A program made the translations under genes and the position numbers. Shown piece by piece: positions 39,642-55,429 of a stretch of DNA of 64,000 nucleotides. The stretch covers positions 116,064,001 to 116,128,000 of the forward strand of contig OX597821.1 of NCBI GenBank assembly GCA_951406725.2, in the 5' to 3' direction. The notes beneath the pieces were generated by a model. The model was given only the letters and a program-made list of their open reading frames with translations. It made no database searches and had not been told where the DNA came from. Within the stretch, counting starts at the first letter, position 1. Every line of letters starts with the position of its first letter. Source of the stretch: Octopus vulgaris (lineage: Eukaryota).

Positions 39642-39738
39642 TTGTGTATTTTGGAGGATCAGAATTGATACTGTCAAAGCATTCTTCTTTGGCCTTTCCA
39701 ATCAAAATACGCTGTTTCCTCATCGAAATTTCAGCAGC
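39642..39738 (-). CDS. Class B1 GPCR exon: ectodomain N-terminal helix (AAEISMRKQRILIGKAKEECFDSINSDPPKYT)
   Basis: Within ORF 39634..39834; cag acceptor and gtgagt donor; phase 1 out fits the next exon; supplies the first of six ectodomain cysteines. Confidence 0.85.
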
Positions 39739-40225
39739 CTGTTCGAAACAACAACAACAACAACAACAGCAACGATAAAAACATTTTTGTGATTGAAATA
39801 TTAAAGGAAAATGTAACGGGTAAATCGGGACCATTCAAATATCTTTATTATAATTGATTTAACTCGGAAAAATCAAACATTGCAAATTTTATATTTATGT
39901 CAACTTATTTCACTTCAATTTGACCGCCACTTGCTTTCTTTACCAGTTCAATACGTTTACGAAATGACGCGCGTGACTTAACTATTTCTTCCATTTCCAT
40001 TTTACTGAATGCTCGCTTGATCGAAACCTTCAGTGCATTATTTTTACCCTTAACTTAGAAATGGAGAAAGAAGCCACCTGGAGTTAGAAATATTGCAGAA
40101 AAACGTGAAATTCTTCGAGCAGGCATGTGTCATATGACGCTGATGACCCGGAATCACAACTGGTATGTATGTATGTATGTATGTATGATGTGTGTATGTA
40201 TGTATATAACCGATAAGCAGTAATT

Positions 40226-40320
<95 letters not shown>

Positions 40321-40644
40321 ATACTAGGAGTTTTTGTCAACTGACGAAATATAATAGAAATGTACTGAGTACTCAGTTTGGTTCATCCGTAAAACTCCGG
40401 CTTGAACTGCAACTGAAAATTGAAGTGCTGAGCTGAGAATGCCTATCGAAGACAGCTAGAAGCTTGATCGGGTGGAAGCAGTTTAGAATAGAAAATTAAA
40501 AATCAAAGCATTTGGCATCACTCGAAAAACATTTAATTTAGATAGTGAATATAAGCAGATACAGTCCCTTACAGCTGTTTCTAGAAAAGTCAAGCATGTG
40601 ACTCACGATGATGAGTAAGGTTTCCATAAGCTGAGTAAACCGTC

Positions 40645-40721
<77 letters not shown>

Positions 40722-42459
40722 CGATCAGAACATATGAAAATGAAGAATATCCCCAATCGAGGATATTAGTTCTTTCCGGTTTTTTGAAAAATGAAGGAAG
40801 AACCAGAGTGAAAAGAATATGTGTAAGGTTGTTCAATGATCGAAAAAGAAAAAAGAAATTATAATTATAGTCCATTACTAATGCCAAGATTAATGGACCA
40901 TAATAGAAATTACACCTGTTTATCGTTGCCAATGCAAACATCAAATCTCAAACACAAATCTTCACTATAGCTACGAAGCACCGATTTTAAAAAATGGAAG
41001 AGAAAACAGAGAAATATCGTCAATATGGCATTGACACCCAAGATTTATAGAACTTGAAAACTACAGAACACTAAAACGAATTAGCAAACACGATACCAAT
41101 ACTGAAAACAGAAAATAATAATAACCTAGTATAAAGTCAATTTGGAACTGCAAAAATATAGACTGATTAAATAATATGAATCAATAGATATTACGACCTC
41201 ACAACTTATTTAAAACAGAGGAATAGAACCAAAGCTTGTAGTATAACGTATCACTTCAGTTCGTCTCTAAATAACGGGACATGGAAATAAACTAATCTAG
41301 CCCACTATTTATTTAAGATATACCTTAATTAGAGAAAATATATTTAAACGAATATTCCCACCTAAAAATATAAATAAATAAAATATACTTGACTAAAACA
41401 GCAAAATCATATCGAAAATACAAACATACTTTAAAGAAGAAATCATAAACACAACGAACTAAAGGTAAACCAACGGAATAACATATCACTTTATCTGGCA
41501 TTAATCGCCTATGATGTTGGAATGAATCAATGTGTAGATCTATACCTGTTAAATATCACGCACACTCGCTCACATCCCTGTATATTCAGTATTAACTATT
41601 AAATATTAAAGATTCAAGAAAGTCGCGGTATGAGAAAGAGGGGTGGTGTTGGAGTGTGTGAGTGCATGTATATGTGTGTGGGAGTAGCGTAAAGTAGAAG
41701 ATGGAGTAAGAGATGTAGAGAATAAAGAGGAAGGAGAACATTTGGGGAAAGGGTGGAATAATCTGAAAACGTAAAACTCGGAGTATTTTGGAGAAACACA
41801 TTAACATGAAGTCCTACAGTTACCTTATGTAAGGAACTATAAGGGCAAGGGTCATACAAGAGGAATATGGGACCTATGGGTGATAGTGTTTTGTGTCTAA
41901 GTTTGAGTTATTTCTCCTGAATGTAGGGAATAATGATTTTCGTCTTGGTAGTAAGACGCAAGCTTGTTTTCCGCAAATTCTTTCGGGTAATGGGCTTTTC
42001 TGCTTTTTAAAGCTTGTATCTCTTCGTAGCATTCACGTATGGATTTTCCGTCAGTCTTCTAAATGATGACAAAGTCTGATCATTTTCTGTTAAATGGCAG
42101 CTGTAGCTTGAAAGTTTTGATGTATTCCGCTTTTCGATGTTTCTGAATGCAGTGGTGTAGATGAGGGGTCTTAAATCTATGCTACCACTAGGTCTAAAAT
42201 CATCATACATATCTCGCAGCTTTATGAATTTTTAGTGGAGTTTACCTGAAATTAAGTACAAGATACTCCTACTAATTTTGTACAGTCAATATAGAAATAT
42301 TTAACTATCTTAATAGCTGTCATTATGAAAAGCTTTATAAGAATAATAAAATAATACTAATGTCTATGAAACCAGTATAAACAACTATTATTAGTCTTCA
42401 TATTTACCTACACATAAAGCAAGCACACATACACACACACATACACACACACATACACA

Positions 42460-42493
<34 letters not shown>

Positions 42494-43117
42494 TACCGGC
42501 ATGAAGATATATGTTGAATAAAGTTTTCCTTATATCATTTGGCCTGAAGTAAGGTTAATTTCTGTAGTCATTAGTGTATAGGCAATTAAATTCAGCAGTA
42601 TACTAATGATATTTAATTGATCTCGATGGCCGTAGGGCAAAATTTGAATTATACGAAACCTAACTAATATTATGAATCATGCTAACAATCATTCTCTCTT
42701 TCTCGTTCGTATCACCACAATTTCTTTTATGAATTTGGCTGACAACAAAACGGTAAATGGTTTTAAACCACTTAAAATGTATTGTACAATTTTAACTTGA
42801 TTTTTTTTCTTTTAAATATAGGATTTCTGTTAGTGTGAAAATATATTCAAATATTTCGAATATATTAATTCTTTCCACAGTTTTCATTAATAGGTGCCTA
42901 CACTGTTTTGAAAGCAAGTCTCTCCAGCTGTTTCGTTCTACAGGTCAGATAAAATATGTACAGGAAATAAGTAGAAGTTGATTCTATCCAACAAAAAATA
43001 GACAAGTAAAGACAAAAAAAGCGATATTAAATTTTCAACGGTAACTCTCAATGAAGCAGATCAGTTGAAGAAGGTACATATTTTATGCAGTTGCACCAAA
43101 CATTTTACTGAAGTGCT

Positions 43118-43157
<40 letters not shown>

Positions 43158-43568
43158 TGTGTCTGTGTTTCCATCTTTCTTTAAACATACATGAGAATTC
43201 CGCTAGAGCAGCTGTGCAATACTTGCCCGACCGACCCAAAATGCTTCAACCTAAAGTCAGCCAAGGTACTCTGGCTAAATCTCTTAAAGTCATTAAAGTT
43301 GGTACAAAAAAGCAAAGTGGGAAACGTATTACGAGACACGAAGTGCTGTTAATGATAATTTGGGGGGATTTGAAACCGTGTACCAGCCCGACTAAAGGAG
43401 GAAAGAATCATGCAAGGGAAGCCAAGAAAAAAAAAAAAAAAAATCAAAAGCTCATAGGGCAACTGCACTATTATGGTGCCCAGGTAAAAAGATGATTAGA
43501 TAACCCACTAAAATCTTGAAGTGTACCTACGTACATTAGGTGGGATATCGTATATATTCTATCTACAG

Positions 43569-43979
43569 AGGCGGTGAGCTGGCAGAAACGTTAGCACGCC
43601 GGGCGAAATGCATAGTCGTATTTCGTCTGCCGTAACGTTCTGAGTTCAAATTCCGCCGAGGTCAACTTTGCCTTTCATCCTTTCGGGGTCGATAAATTAA
43701 GTACCAGTTTCGCACTAGTGTCGATATAATCGACTTAATCTGTTTGTATGTCCTTGTTTGTCCTCTCTGTGTTTAGCCCCTTGTGGGTAGTAAAGAAATA
43801 GGTATGTCGTATGCCGTTACGTTCTGATTTCAAATTCCGCCGAGGTCGACTTTGCCTTTCATCCTTTCGGGGTCGATAAATTAAGTACCAGCTACGCACT
43901 GGGGTCGATATAATCGACTTAATCCCTTTGTCCTTGTTTGTCCTCTCTGTGTTTAGCCCCTTGTGGGTAGTAAAGAAAT
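43569..43979 (+). mobile_element. SINE family A dimer (one head, two bodies)
   Basis: Body repeated in tandem; 17-bp TSD gtatatattctatctac at 43550-43566 and 43980-43996. Confidence 0.92.
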
Positions 43980-44303
43980 GTATATATTCTATCTACTTCA
44001 AATAACAGCAGAACAAAACCTCTCCAAGAGAAATTTCTGCTTCCAGTTAGCCCTACGGCTTGCAACAGGAGAAAATATGAAATATTGTGAAGCAGTAAAC
44101 CATTGCAGAACTAAAAACAGAAAGAGACAATCTTGCCTAATTGTGTTTCATAAAATACATAATTAGAACTGACAAGTGAAATATTGCTAAAATAATCTAT
44201 GAACATTTCTCTGCTGCGTCCTACCATGCCCCCCATAGCGTGTTCCAAAATACGTAAAACTAGAAAGAGTTTGAAAATTCACATCTGATGCATAAAAAAT
44301 TAC

Positions 44304-44356
<53 letters not shown>

Positions 44357-44512
44357 GAATTTCTGGACATGTCATGTCTGCTGAAAGTGTTAAAATAGAT
44401 ATATGTTGTAGATTTACGGAGGGATAAAACTTTATATGAAAAATAATTGTTAGAGTGAAGTGAGCTGTAATATAATCTTTCACGCACCTGCCACTGTGTG
44501 TATATGTGTGTG

Positions 44513-44557
<45 letters not shown>

Positions 44558-45779
44558 ATGCATGCATTCATGTATGTATGTATGCTTGTATGTGTGTGTG
44601 AGTATTATGTATATCTTACATACACACACACACACACTCATTCACTCACATATATATATATATATAGAGAGAGAGAATGAGATAGATAGGTAGGTAGGTG
44701 GGTAGATAGATAAAATCCACAGGCAGAAACGCACATACATGCATATGCATAAGTATGTATTATATAAGTGACTATACATAAAAATTTATAAGTCTTCTAT
44801 ACTCGCAGTTTATCGACGAACCACGAAAAACGACAAGAAACTACAGGCATAAATGAAGAGTTTAAGAAATAGGCTGTCTTCGAGATTCGAAACTCTAAAT
44901 TCAAACAGCTGTACATATTTCCAAACAATAGTTACTGGCGTCATCCTGGGTTTAGCTAATTAGAACTTCAGAAACAGACACATAAACGTTGAGTTGACTG
45001 AAACCAGAGACTTCTTAAGGAAATCAACCAGCCGGAACGCTAGACGACCGCCAGATAAAAAGTTACCAAGACCTTTGACAAAAAGAGATGATGTATGCAA
45101 AAAATCAACCAAAAAGCCATTGGATTTCTACTCGTCAAAAACAAAGTGATCAAAACAGTCGTCAGGAAGTGAACCAACTAGAACGCTGGACTTCTGCCCA
45201 ATAGGAATACATGACCAGAATATCCGTAAAACAAGTGACATAGGCAATTAGCCAACCAAATTACGAGACCATAGACGGATAAAAACAAGTGACGTCATTA
45301 AATTCACAACTCATATCAAAACTTGAACTTTTACCTTAAAAACCTATATATACAAAGTAGTTTCAGCTTAAAGCAGTTCTCACCAGCAAAACCAGCGGCG
45401 AAGAATTCTCCTTTACACTCTAAGACAGAGATTGCAAAAAAGTATTTTTCCTTTCTCTTATTTCTTTTTCTTACTCTCTAAAATCTTCATCATATCTAAT
45501 TGTTAATATAACTCAATGTTACTGAACTTTCAACCATGTATGACTATTGTGAAATCCATCGAACATTTCAACTTGTATTAATGTCTATCTCTGTGAAACT
45601 TATTGAATATTGGAATTTGTATGAACATTTGATCCTTTAAACCTATTTTTCCGATTTTTTTTCTTGTACCTTCAATCTCTTCTAAACGTTTTTGTTATTT
45701 ACCATTGTAAAACAAATAGTTATCGAAACGTGTCTGGTGGCGTTGAAGACTATTTTAAAAATTATATCTTCGACGAATT

Positions 45780-46440
45780 AAGCTACTGCCCCAATATGAA
45801 GAGTATCATTATACGAGACCAACACCAAGAGCCCACTCCCAGTTGTAACTGTCGAGACCCAGGAACCTGTCTACTCGACCAGCAATGTATGATTGAATCC
45901 GTCAAATATGAGGCAGAAGTTACAGCAACGATAGATAATAGCATAACCGATAAGAAGGGCTATATCGGACTATGTGAGGGAGAATTTTAAAAATCGCTAT
46001 GCTAATCACATATCCTGCTTCCGACACAGGGACAAAAGTAAAGCAACTAAGTTGGTTAGCAACGTATGAGGTTTGAAATCAAACGCCGCACACCATATTA
46101 TAAAGCGGAAAATAGTCGAAAAATCCACACCAAATGTTAAATGATCGAAAACGTGTGTGACTGAAAGAACTCGGATCATTTTCAGATCTAAAAGATTTAA
46201 CTCACTGCTGAACTCTAGATTCGAAATTTTCAGCGGTTGTAAGCATATAGCTAAATTCCTGTTGAATTGGAAAGTGCCTCCCTTACCGGATTGAATAACT
46301 GTACCATAGACATTAAGCCAAAATCTTTTCAGCCTTATAATTACGGTCTAAGGTAAATAACTCTAATTCACTCTTTTGCCTCTTTCTGATTTCTGTTTCG
46401 TTTTCCGGTTTTTCAACCTTCCAACTTTTATATATACTTC
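45780..46440 (+). mobile_element. Penelope-like element fragment: GIY-YIG endonuclease
   Basis: SYCPNMKSII...CNCR...CLLDQQC...VKYEA.V...GYIGLCEGEF, then RYANH..FRH and LLNSRFEIFSGCKH..KFLL after a frameshift. Confidence 0.87.
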
Positions 46441-46454
46441 CTTCTCACCTTTAC

Positions 46455-47289
<835 letters not shown>

Positions 47290-49229
47290 TGTGTGTTTAC
47301 GCACGCACATGCACACACACACACGCGCGCATGCACGCACGCACACACATATATTGTGTACCTTCTCAACTGCCTTCTCAATCAAACAAATCAAATAACT
47401 CTGAAGCTAAGTAATAATGCCCAGAAGATAAGATAAATGTTTATGAAGACCTGTATCAAAGGAATAAAATAATATCAATTTTTATGAAACCAATTTAAAT
47501 AACCGCTATTAATCTCTATATCTAACTCCACATTAATGCAAGCTCACACGGAGATGCCCATCATTTGACCTCGGGCATAGTCAAGCTTTTAGTATAAATT
47601 AAATTGCAACCGTTCATAACGGATATTTTATTGACTTCATGAAGTGTGGGACTGAATGTAGATAAACGAAACTAATTACAAATAGTGTAAGCATTTTCCT
47701 AGTTTCTGTAAGGTATTCGAACACAAACAATTCACAAAATCGAACACACTCACACAAGGTATGTGTGTGCTCGAATTTGCTTATATATCTCGAGTTGCTT
47801 CCAGTTCACATCTAAACAGACAATGCAGTAAAAGGCTTTAAACATTTCATATTGTACGATTGCTCAGCTGTACAATATGAAAGCTAAAGTTTCCTTCAGT
47901 TTGAAAATATATACAAATATTCTGAATATACTAATTTTTTCACTGTTTGGTTCTTTCTAAAATTTCCATAATTTCTAATTGTCGAATACTTAGTTGTGAA
48001 AGCAAATCCTTCCAGTCGTGTCGTTCTACGTATCAAATTATGTATACACAGTTAATAATGTGAAATTGATTATATTCCATAGAATTCTATCCTCCCAAAT
48101 TGAACAAGTAAAGAATATCAACAGATTTTCGACGGTAACCCTCAGATCGATTGACTAATATTTATATTTTATTTTAGTTTCGTTCAATTAGCATACAAAT
48201 CATAGTACGGACTTATCAATTCATTTTGTAGTGAAATCATATGAATGCAAATATTGTCGATTTATCACACCGTGTATAAAGTATATCTACCGCATATCTA
48301 ATATATTCATCATTAATATACATCATAATATTTTTATACGATACGTAGCTCTTTTCGTCTAGATAGTGGCTATGTATTTTACGTACGCATACCGTAGGTT
48401 TATATTTTATATTACTATGTATGTGTTTATTTTAAGACTTATTTTCAGAATACAAATATATTCAAATGATATATCCGAACGTGTACATTTGTTCCAAAAA
48501 TGTTACTGTACATGTGTATGTATATGTATGTATACATTCTGTTTTACTTATTTAGAAGCAATCTTTTAACACATCCACCATCCAACCATTCATCTACATA
48601 CCTCATGAAAAAGCTAAGTTACAGATGTAAACCTTTCCTTCTTGAATAATTAGCCACCTGAAGTAAAGTATTTACTGTTGTGATGATATAGAAGCATCAC
48701 CAGGTATCCTTTCACACAAATATCTTTTGACAAGTGATGACTTGCTTAAATATACAAGGTGGACGTTGAATGATTTATTGAAAATTGTATTTGTCCATAG
48801 AATCGAGTGATGAAAGAATGTGTTGATGTTACTTTCTACGTAAAATTAATATCACTGGCAATGCAAATAAATGGTATTTATTCCAAAAATTTATTCTATA
48901 AATTGTATTCACTAAATGTACATTACCTTACGTTGTACAGTGTTTATAATTGAATAGGTAATTATTTAGTGAATTCGAGTATATAATAAATTTCAGGATT
49001 TCCCTTGAAAAGTTCAACTTCATGCAGAGTATCTGAAATAAGTCACATTGGTGGAGTACATTTCAAAACAATAGCTCTTACTGTAAATCAATAAGTTGTT
49101 ATAGCTTTTCCAAAAGCCCTGAAGACGCAGCTCTGCAATACGGAATGTGGTGCGTTCCATATATTGAGATTTAGCCTCAGTAAGAGCCTGCATATAGTTC
49201 TTCCCAGGAATTTTCTGATACTTATTTAC

Positions 49230-50286
49230 TGAACAGGTGTCTCGGTGAGGAAGACAAAATAAGCAAGGTGTTTACTTTCAATTGAAGAATTACAGGTAGA
49301 AGACTAAAAAGAGAAATGTAGCAGACACTATTATGTATCGCTGATAAGGAATGCGTGGAAGATGCCATTCCGAGATGCCACCACGAACGGGAAGAGTAAA
49401 GAAACTTCCAGCAGAACATCATCGAGAAAATCTCATTAAGAATATCATTGAATTTGTTAATAGTCGTGAGTGTGACGACGGGATGGAGAATGACCTCTTG
49501 AAGAAGAGCGAGGGTATATAACCAGAAGAACAAGGTTGAGTTTGAGAAGAGACAGGAACTGTCAAGATGAGACAGAAGAACATGAAACAAAGATCAAAGA
49601 GGAAAAAATCACGATCTGGAATAACGAATAGACACTGTATATATACATACATACATACACACACACACACACGCGAGATCCTAGCTGCCTCTCGAACATA
49701 ATATATATTTCTTTACTACCCACAAGGGGCTAAACACAGAGGGGACAAACAAGGACAGATTAAGTCGATTATATCGACCCCAGTGCGTAACTGGTACTTA
49801 ATTTATCGACCCCGAAAGGATGAAAGGCAAAGTCGACCTCAGCGGAATTTGAACTCAGAACGTAACGGCAGACGAAATACGGCTCCGCATTTCGCCCGGC
49901 GTGCTAACGTTTCTGCCAGCTCGCCGCCTTTGGGATGACATAGTTTCAAAGAATATGTACAACGCTATCCACAGGAAGATTTACCCAGGAAAACTGGTGC
50001 AACACTCCAATAAAAACAGCAGGTTGGAGAAAACATAACAAACGTGATACTGCTCTTTGGGACAGGAAAAAAACAGTCGTGCACTGTTGTAGAGATCAGC
50101 TGCCCAGCGGATGTGAATGTTTAATGAAAAGTCTAGGCAAAAGACAACATTTACGGTGAATTAATGCGGAACTTACAGCTCTTGCACACTAGCTTATAAT
50201 TTCTCATTTGTATCTATCATCATAGGTGCATTAGCATAAGTACCAACAAATTTACGCAAAAACCAAGAGATGCTAGGTTTTGTATG

Positions 50287-50290
<4 letters not shown>
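49230..50290 (+). mobile_element. Decayed RLE-type (R4/Dong-like) non-LTR fragments interrupted by a SINE
   Basis: KHNKRD..LWD...VVEISCPADVNV...YGELMRNLQ near 50030-50185 resembles a restriction-like endonuclease. Confidence 0.55.
49705..49930 (-). mobile_element. SINE family A, near-consensus monomer
   Basis: Reverse complement of 1958-2190. Confidence 0.9.
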
Positions 50291-50329
<39 letters not shown>

Positions 50330-50739
50330 GGATATATTCTAGTTAAATCACATGTCTGCATACTGTATTTTGTTTTATTGTATTTAACTGTATCATATTG
50401 TATTGTCTATTTCTGCTTTCTATAAACAGAGTGAATGTATGTAAGAGGTATACATATGTGCATATACAAATAGATATATCCATATTCTTTCTTTATATTT
50501 TTATTTTGCCTTCTTTCAATTCTATCTTTACAAGTAATTAGAAATAGTCATATGCATGTAGAAAGTGTATATAAGTTTTTAGCAATAAGCTGTTGCCCTA
50601 CGTGCTTGTCAATAAAGTGAAAGGTAACAAGTTAACGGTGCATGAACCACGAATCCCAGATGTCCTCATTGAAATGTAAAGCATGGTTGAATGAAAGCAA
50701 ACAATTAGCGAAAAGAATATAAACAATCATTTTATTTTT

Positions 50740-51220
50740 TATCTTTTACTTGTTTTAGTCATTAGACTGCAGCCATGTTGGGGCATTGCATCGAAGAGTA
50801 TTTGTTGAACAAACCGATGCCAGTCCTTACTTTTTGGAAGTTTGGTAATTATTCTATAGGTTCTCTTATAACCGAACCGCTAAGTTATGGGGTCGTAAAT
50901 GAACCAACAGCGCTTGTCAAGAGACGTCGGGTGTCACGAACACAATCACAAGGACACACATACATACATGCATATGTACATATGCATGCACGGACACACA
51001 CAAACACACGCTCGCACGCACGTACACACACACACACACACACACGTACATATACGACGGTCTTCTTTGCAGTTTCTGTGTATCAAATTCACTCACAGGT
51101 TAATGGTCGAGTCTTAAGCAGACCACATTTGCGCAAACGCTGCGCGATGGGAAAGCGAACCCCAAACCACGTGGTTGCAAAGTGCACTTTTGAATCCTAC
51201 AACCACACTGTCTGCGCCTG
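50740..51220 (-). mobile_element. SINE family B, diverged full-length copy
   Basis: Reverse complement of 28234-28635. Confidence 0.78.
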
Positions 51221-51294
51221 TGTTCATTAAATATTTGTGAAAACATCGCCTTTAAAATTTAGGTCATAATTTCTGTTACTATAGGAGCATACTA

Positions 51295-52000
51295 AGGCGG
51301 CGATCCGGCAGAATATTTAGCGCGGCGGGGGAAATGCTCAGCAGCATTTCTTCCAACGTTTTGAGGTCAAATGTCTTTCATTGTTTCTGAGCTGATAAAA
51401 TACATACCACTTGAACAAAGAGGTCGCTGTAATCAACTTAACCCCTTCACCAGAATCACTAGTTTTGTGCCAAAATTTGAAACCGATATACGAACGTACG
51501 AAGACAGCGAGCTCGCAGAATCGTTAGTATATCGGACAAAATGCTTAACGGCTTTTCATCAGTCTTTACGTTCTGAGTTCTAATTTCACTGACGTCGATT
51601 TGCTTTTCAACCTTTCGAGGTCGATGAAATAAGTGCCATGTACGCACTAGGGTCGATGTAATTGACTTATTCTCCTCCCCCACAAATTTCGGGCCTTGTG
51701 TTTATAGTAGAAAGGAATATACAAACGTACCTCATTATTGATTATGAGCCACCAGTATACATCGTGTATTCCCGGTATTAGTTTCTGATAATTCTGATCT
51801 TTTAATAAAGAAACCAATCTGAATCCACCCCGTTTTTTTACAACGACGAATCCCTTCACATTACAGATAGGTAAAAGATAGTAAGCAAGATCTGTTTTCT
51901 GCAGGAAACTTTCTGGCTCTTAACATTGAGTTCAAATTCTACCAAGGTCGACTTTGCCTTTCATCCTTCCTGGGCTGATAAAACAAATACCAGCTAAGCA
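51295..52000 (+). mobile_element. Cluster of diverged SINE family A copies
   Basis: Heads at ~51295 and ~51505; core aggtcgactttgcctttcatcctt at ~51945. Confidence 0.7.
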
Positions 52001-52632
52001 CAAACTTCAAAAGCTCTTAACTCTTTATGTATTGATTTATGGCGAACATGAATTTCATGTCAATGATTACCATACAAAACTGCACCATTACACCAAATAT
52101 GAAATCAATTGGAATAACAATTGACGAAACTGAAAAGTGGCAGCCAAATAGAGAAGAACCCGCCGATATTATCGATTAGCTACCCCCGACAGATTTAAGG
52201 CTTTGCGCCTATATTAGAAAGGATTATTAAGACGATCGTAATCTAAGATCGGCAGTTTTTGTTTTGTAAAACAATATTTACCATTCTGTTGTTATAATTC
52301 ACATTTACCGAATTTCACTACTTCACTTTACCTCTTGTTATTTAGGACGAAGGAAGGGGGAAACTGCTTTTCTTCTATTCACTGAGGAAACAAATTAGCC
52401 CCTTATTCTAGATTTGGGTTGTAAACGTCTCCTTGAACTAAATTGTAACCAAACAGGAAGTGCCAAAATCTATTTTTAGCTTTTCTGGAATGTCTAGAGT
52501 CAATTGGAGATATGCGAAAGATGCGCGAGTGCGAGTATACACATACGCACGCGCATTTGCTCAAACAGCGTATGCGTGTTATCTGTTTGCCGACCTAATT
52601 TACACACGTGCGTGTGCGTATGTATGTGTGTG

Positions 52633-52749
<117 letters not shown>

Positions 52750-53148
52750 CATATACATATATGTGTGTGTGTGGATATGTATGTATATATACATGTATAT
52801 AAACATACACACATAAATAGAGGTACATCTAAAGATGTATATGAATGCGTGTTTGCACGTGTGTGTATAAGTAAGTGTGAAAGAAGGGTGGGAAAGGGCG
52901 TGAGAGGAATGACCTTTTACCGCTATAGAAAAGGTATGTAAATGTTATATCTCAGATATTGAATAAATGTAAATCTCACACAATATCCAACATACTCCCG
53001 CCTTCACTAAAATTATCTCGGACACACATCTGTGTTTCATTTGCGAGGGTTCGAAGGAATCATTCAACAAATTTCAGTTCGAATTTTTTTGATAACATTT
53101 ATCTGTTACTTTTATTTAGTTTTATTTTGAATGAATATTTATAATAGA

Positions 53149-53543
53149 CTAGCAGTATCGCCCGGCGTTGCTCGGGTTTGTAAGGGAAATAACTATCTAA
53201 GCATTTTTAGAGAGTTATAGCCAAAAAATAGCAAAAAATGCATTAAAAATGGAAAAAAAATTATGGTAAATTTTTTTAAATCGTTGACTCATCGTAGACA
53301 TTTTTAGAGAGTTACTTCCCTTATATAATAGCGAAAAAATGCATTAAAATGGAAAAAATGATGGTAAATTTTTTTTTAAAATCGTAGACTCATCGTAGAC
53401 GCGCGCTAATACCCAGAAGGGCTCGATATGAATCACGACTATAAGATACCCGGTTTTGGTTAAACTGCACCGCAAAATGTGGGAGTAGTTAGGAATCTAA
53501 ATCGTAGGAGACAGACACACAACTTCACTTTTATATATAAAGA
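53149..53543 (-). mobile_element. Non-autonomous Helitron
   Basis: Minus strand A|TCTTTATATATAAAAG...cccgagcaacgccgggcgatactgCTAG|T; short internal duplication. Confidence 0.87.
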
Positions 53544-54033
53544 TATTTTCATTAGAAATATATTGTTTGTTATTAATATATATTGATACACATTGATATC
53601 CGCATGATAAGCTTGAAATTGAGGCAAAAGCCTATCTATTACCGTTTGTGGTAGGTGTGGTATGGCGACGATTACATCTGCCTCTGCTTTCGAAAAATTT
53701 GACCTCGTAATGACACGTGTGCATGTGTGTGTGGGTGTGGGTGTGTGTGTGTGTGAGAGAGAGAGAGAGAAAGAGAGAGGGGGGAAGAAAGAGAGGGTGA
53801 GAATGCGAGAGAGAGAGTGAAAGTGGGAGAGAGAGAAAGAGAGAGGGAGAGAGGCAGAGAGAAAGAGTGAGTGTCCATGTGTGATAGAACTGGTGGTACA
53901 GTCTAAGGTGATTCAATTTCATTCACAGAGTATTGCTCAACACAAGCTTGTGTTACAAAGCCCTTGGCCAAGCTGTCACTCTGATACATCGAAAGTTTTT
54001 AACCACATAACCATGCTTGCTCTTATGCACATA

Positions 54034-54074
<41 letters not shown>

Positions 54075-54138
54075 GCGTACGTACACAAGCACACGTACGT
54101 ACATTCATACAAGCATACCTATATATGTATGTATATAC

Positions 54139-54344
54139 TCTTTTACTTGTTTCAGTCATTTGACTGCGGCCATGCAGGAGCACCGCCTTTAGTCGAGCAA
54201 ATCGACACCGGAGCTTATTCTTTTGTAAGCCTAGTACTTATTCTATCGATCTCTTTTCCCGAACCGCCAAGTTACGGGGACGTAAACACACCAGTATCAG
54301 TTGTCAAGCGATGTTGGGGGGACAAACACAGACACACAAACACA

Positions 54345-54422
<78 letters not shown>

Positions 54423-54515
54423 CGTATATACGACGGACTTCTTTCAGTTTCCGTACACCAAATCCACTCACAAGGCTTTGGTCGGCCCGAGGCTATAGTA
54501 GAAGACACTTGCCAA
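54139..54515 (-). mobile_element. SINE family B, 5'-truncated
   Basis: Reverse complement of 28310-28635. Confidence 0.85.
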
Positions 54516-55429
54516 AGGTGAAACGCGAGAAATTCAAATATGAACGTGAAAACTGTAGTTTAGAGAAGATGACGCAATGAGCCATTGCTGTTTGAACAGT
54601 TGAGAAAGAAAAGGAAGTAGAAAGGAAGATAATACTTAGACGAAAATATTATTTATGTATTCGTGCTCATATGCAAATATACATACACAGATACACACAC
54701 ACACACACACGTATATATATGTTTGGTTTGCAAGATTCTTTATATGAGTTCGTGTGTTGAAGCATATTCTGTTGTGTCTGGGGAGGGTCATTCTCTTTTA
54801 GTACCTTATTATTTAACACACTCACCGGTAAAATTTCCACTTATTCCTTATTTTTATTTTCCTAAAATTTTCGTTGCATCTTGCAACCTTTTCAATAGTT
54901 TTGACTCTGTCCCTTATTTACACTGCGTTCCCTTTTGTTTGTTTGTGTGCATGTGTGTGGGTCAGTGTGTGTGTGTGTGCCTATACATGCATGCATGTAC
55001 GTATGTATGTATGTGTGTTTGCATATGTATGTATGTATATATGTGTGTGTATGCATATGTATGTAAGTATATATGTGTGTGTATGCATATGTATATATGT
55101 ATGTATGTGTGTGCATCTGTATGTACGTATCCTGCATATTTATGTGCTTGCATGTCCGTTGTTTGTGTATTTTCTATGTATGTGTGTGTGAGCATGTGTT
55201 CGTATATGTATGCACCTCTGTCTCCTTGTGTGTGCATATCTGTGTGTGTGTGTTATGCAACTATGTACCATGTATATGCTTACATCCAGAAAAAAAGGTG
55301 CATTCACACACACTCACACCCACACACACACATACATACATTTATCTACCTAACAGTCCACTAACTATTCTACTCTACCTGTGTAAACTGTAGGTATGGA
55401 GGTATGGTATCTACTATGCATATCTCCTA

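Noticed and set aside
45701-45738. Hammerhead-like remnant (acca...gaaacgtgtctggt) upstream of the GIY-YIG fragment
   Set aside because: The CTGANGA core is absent (reads ttgtaaa), so it is a relic at best
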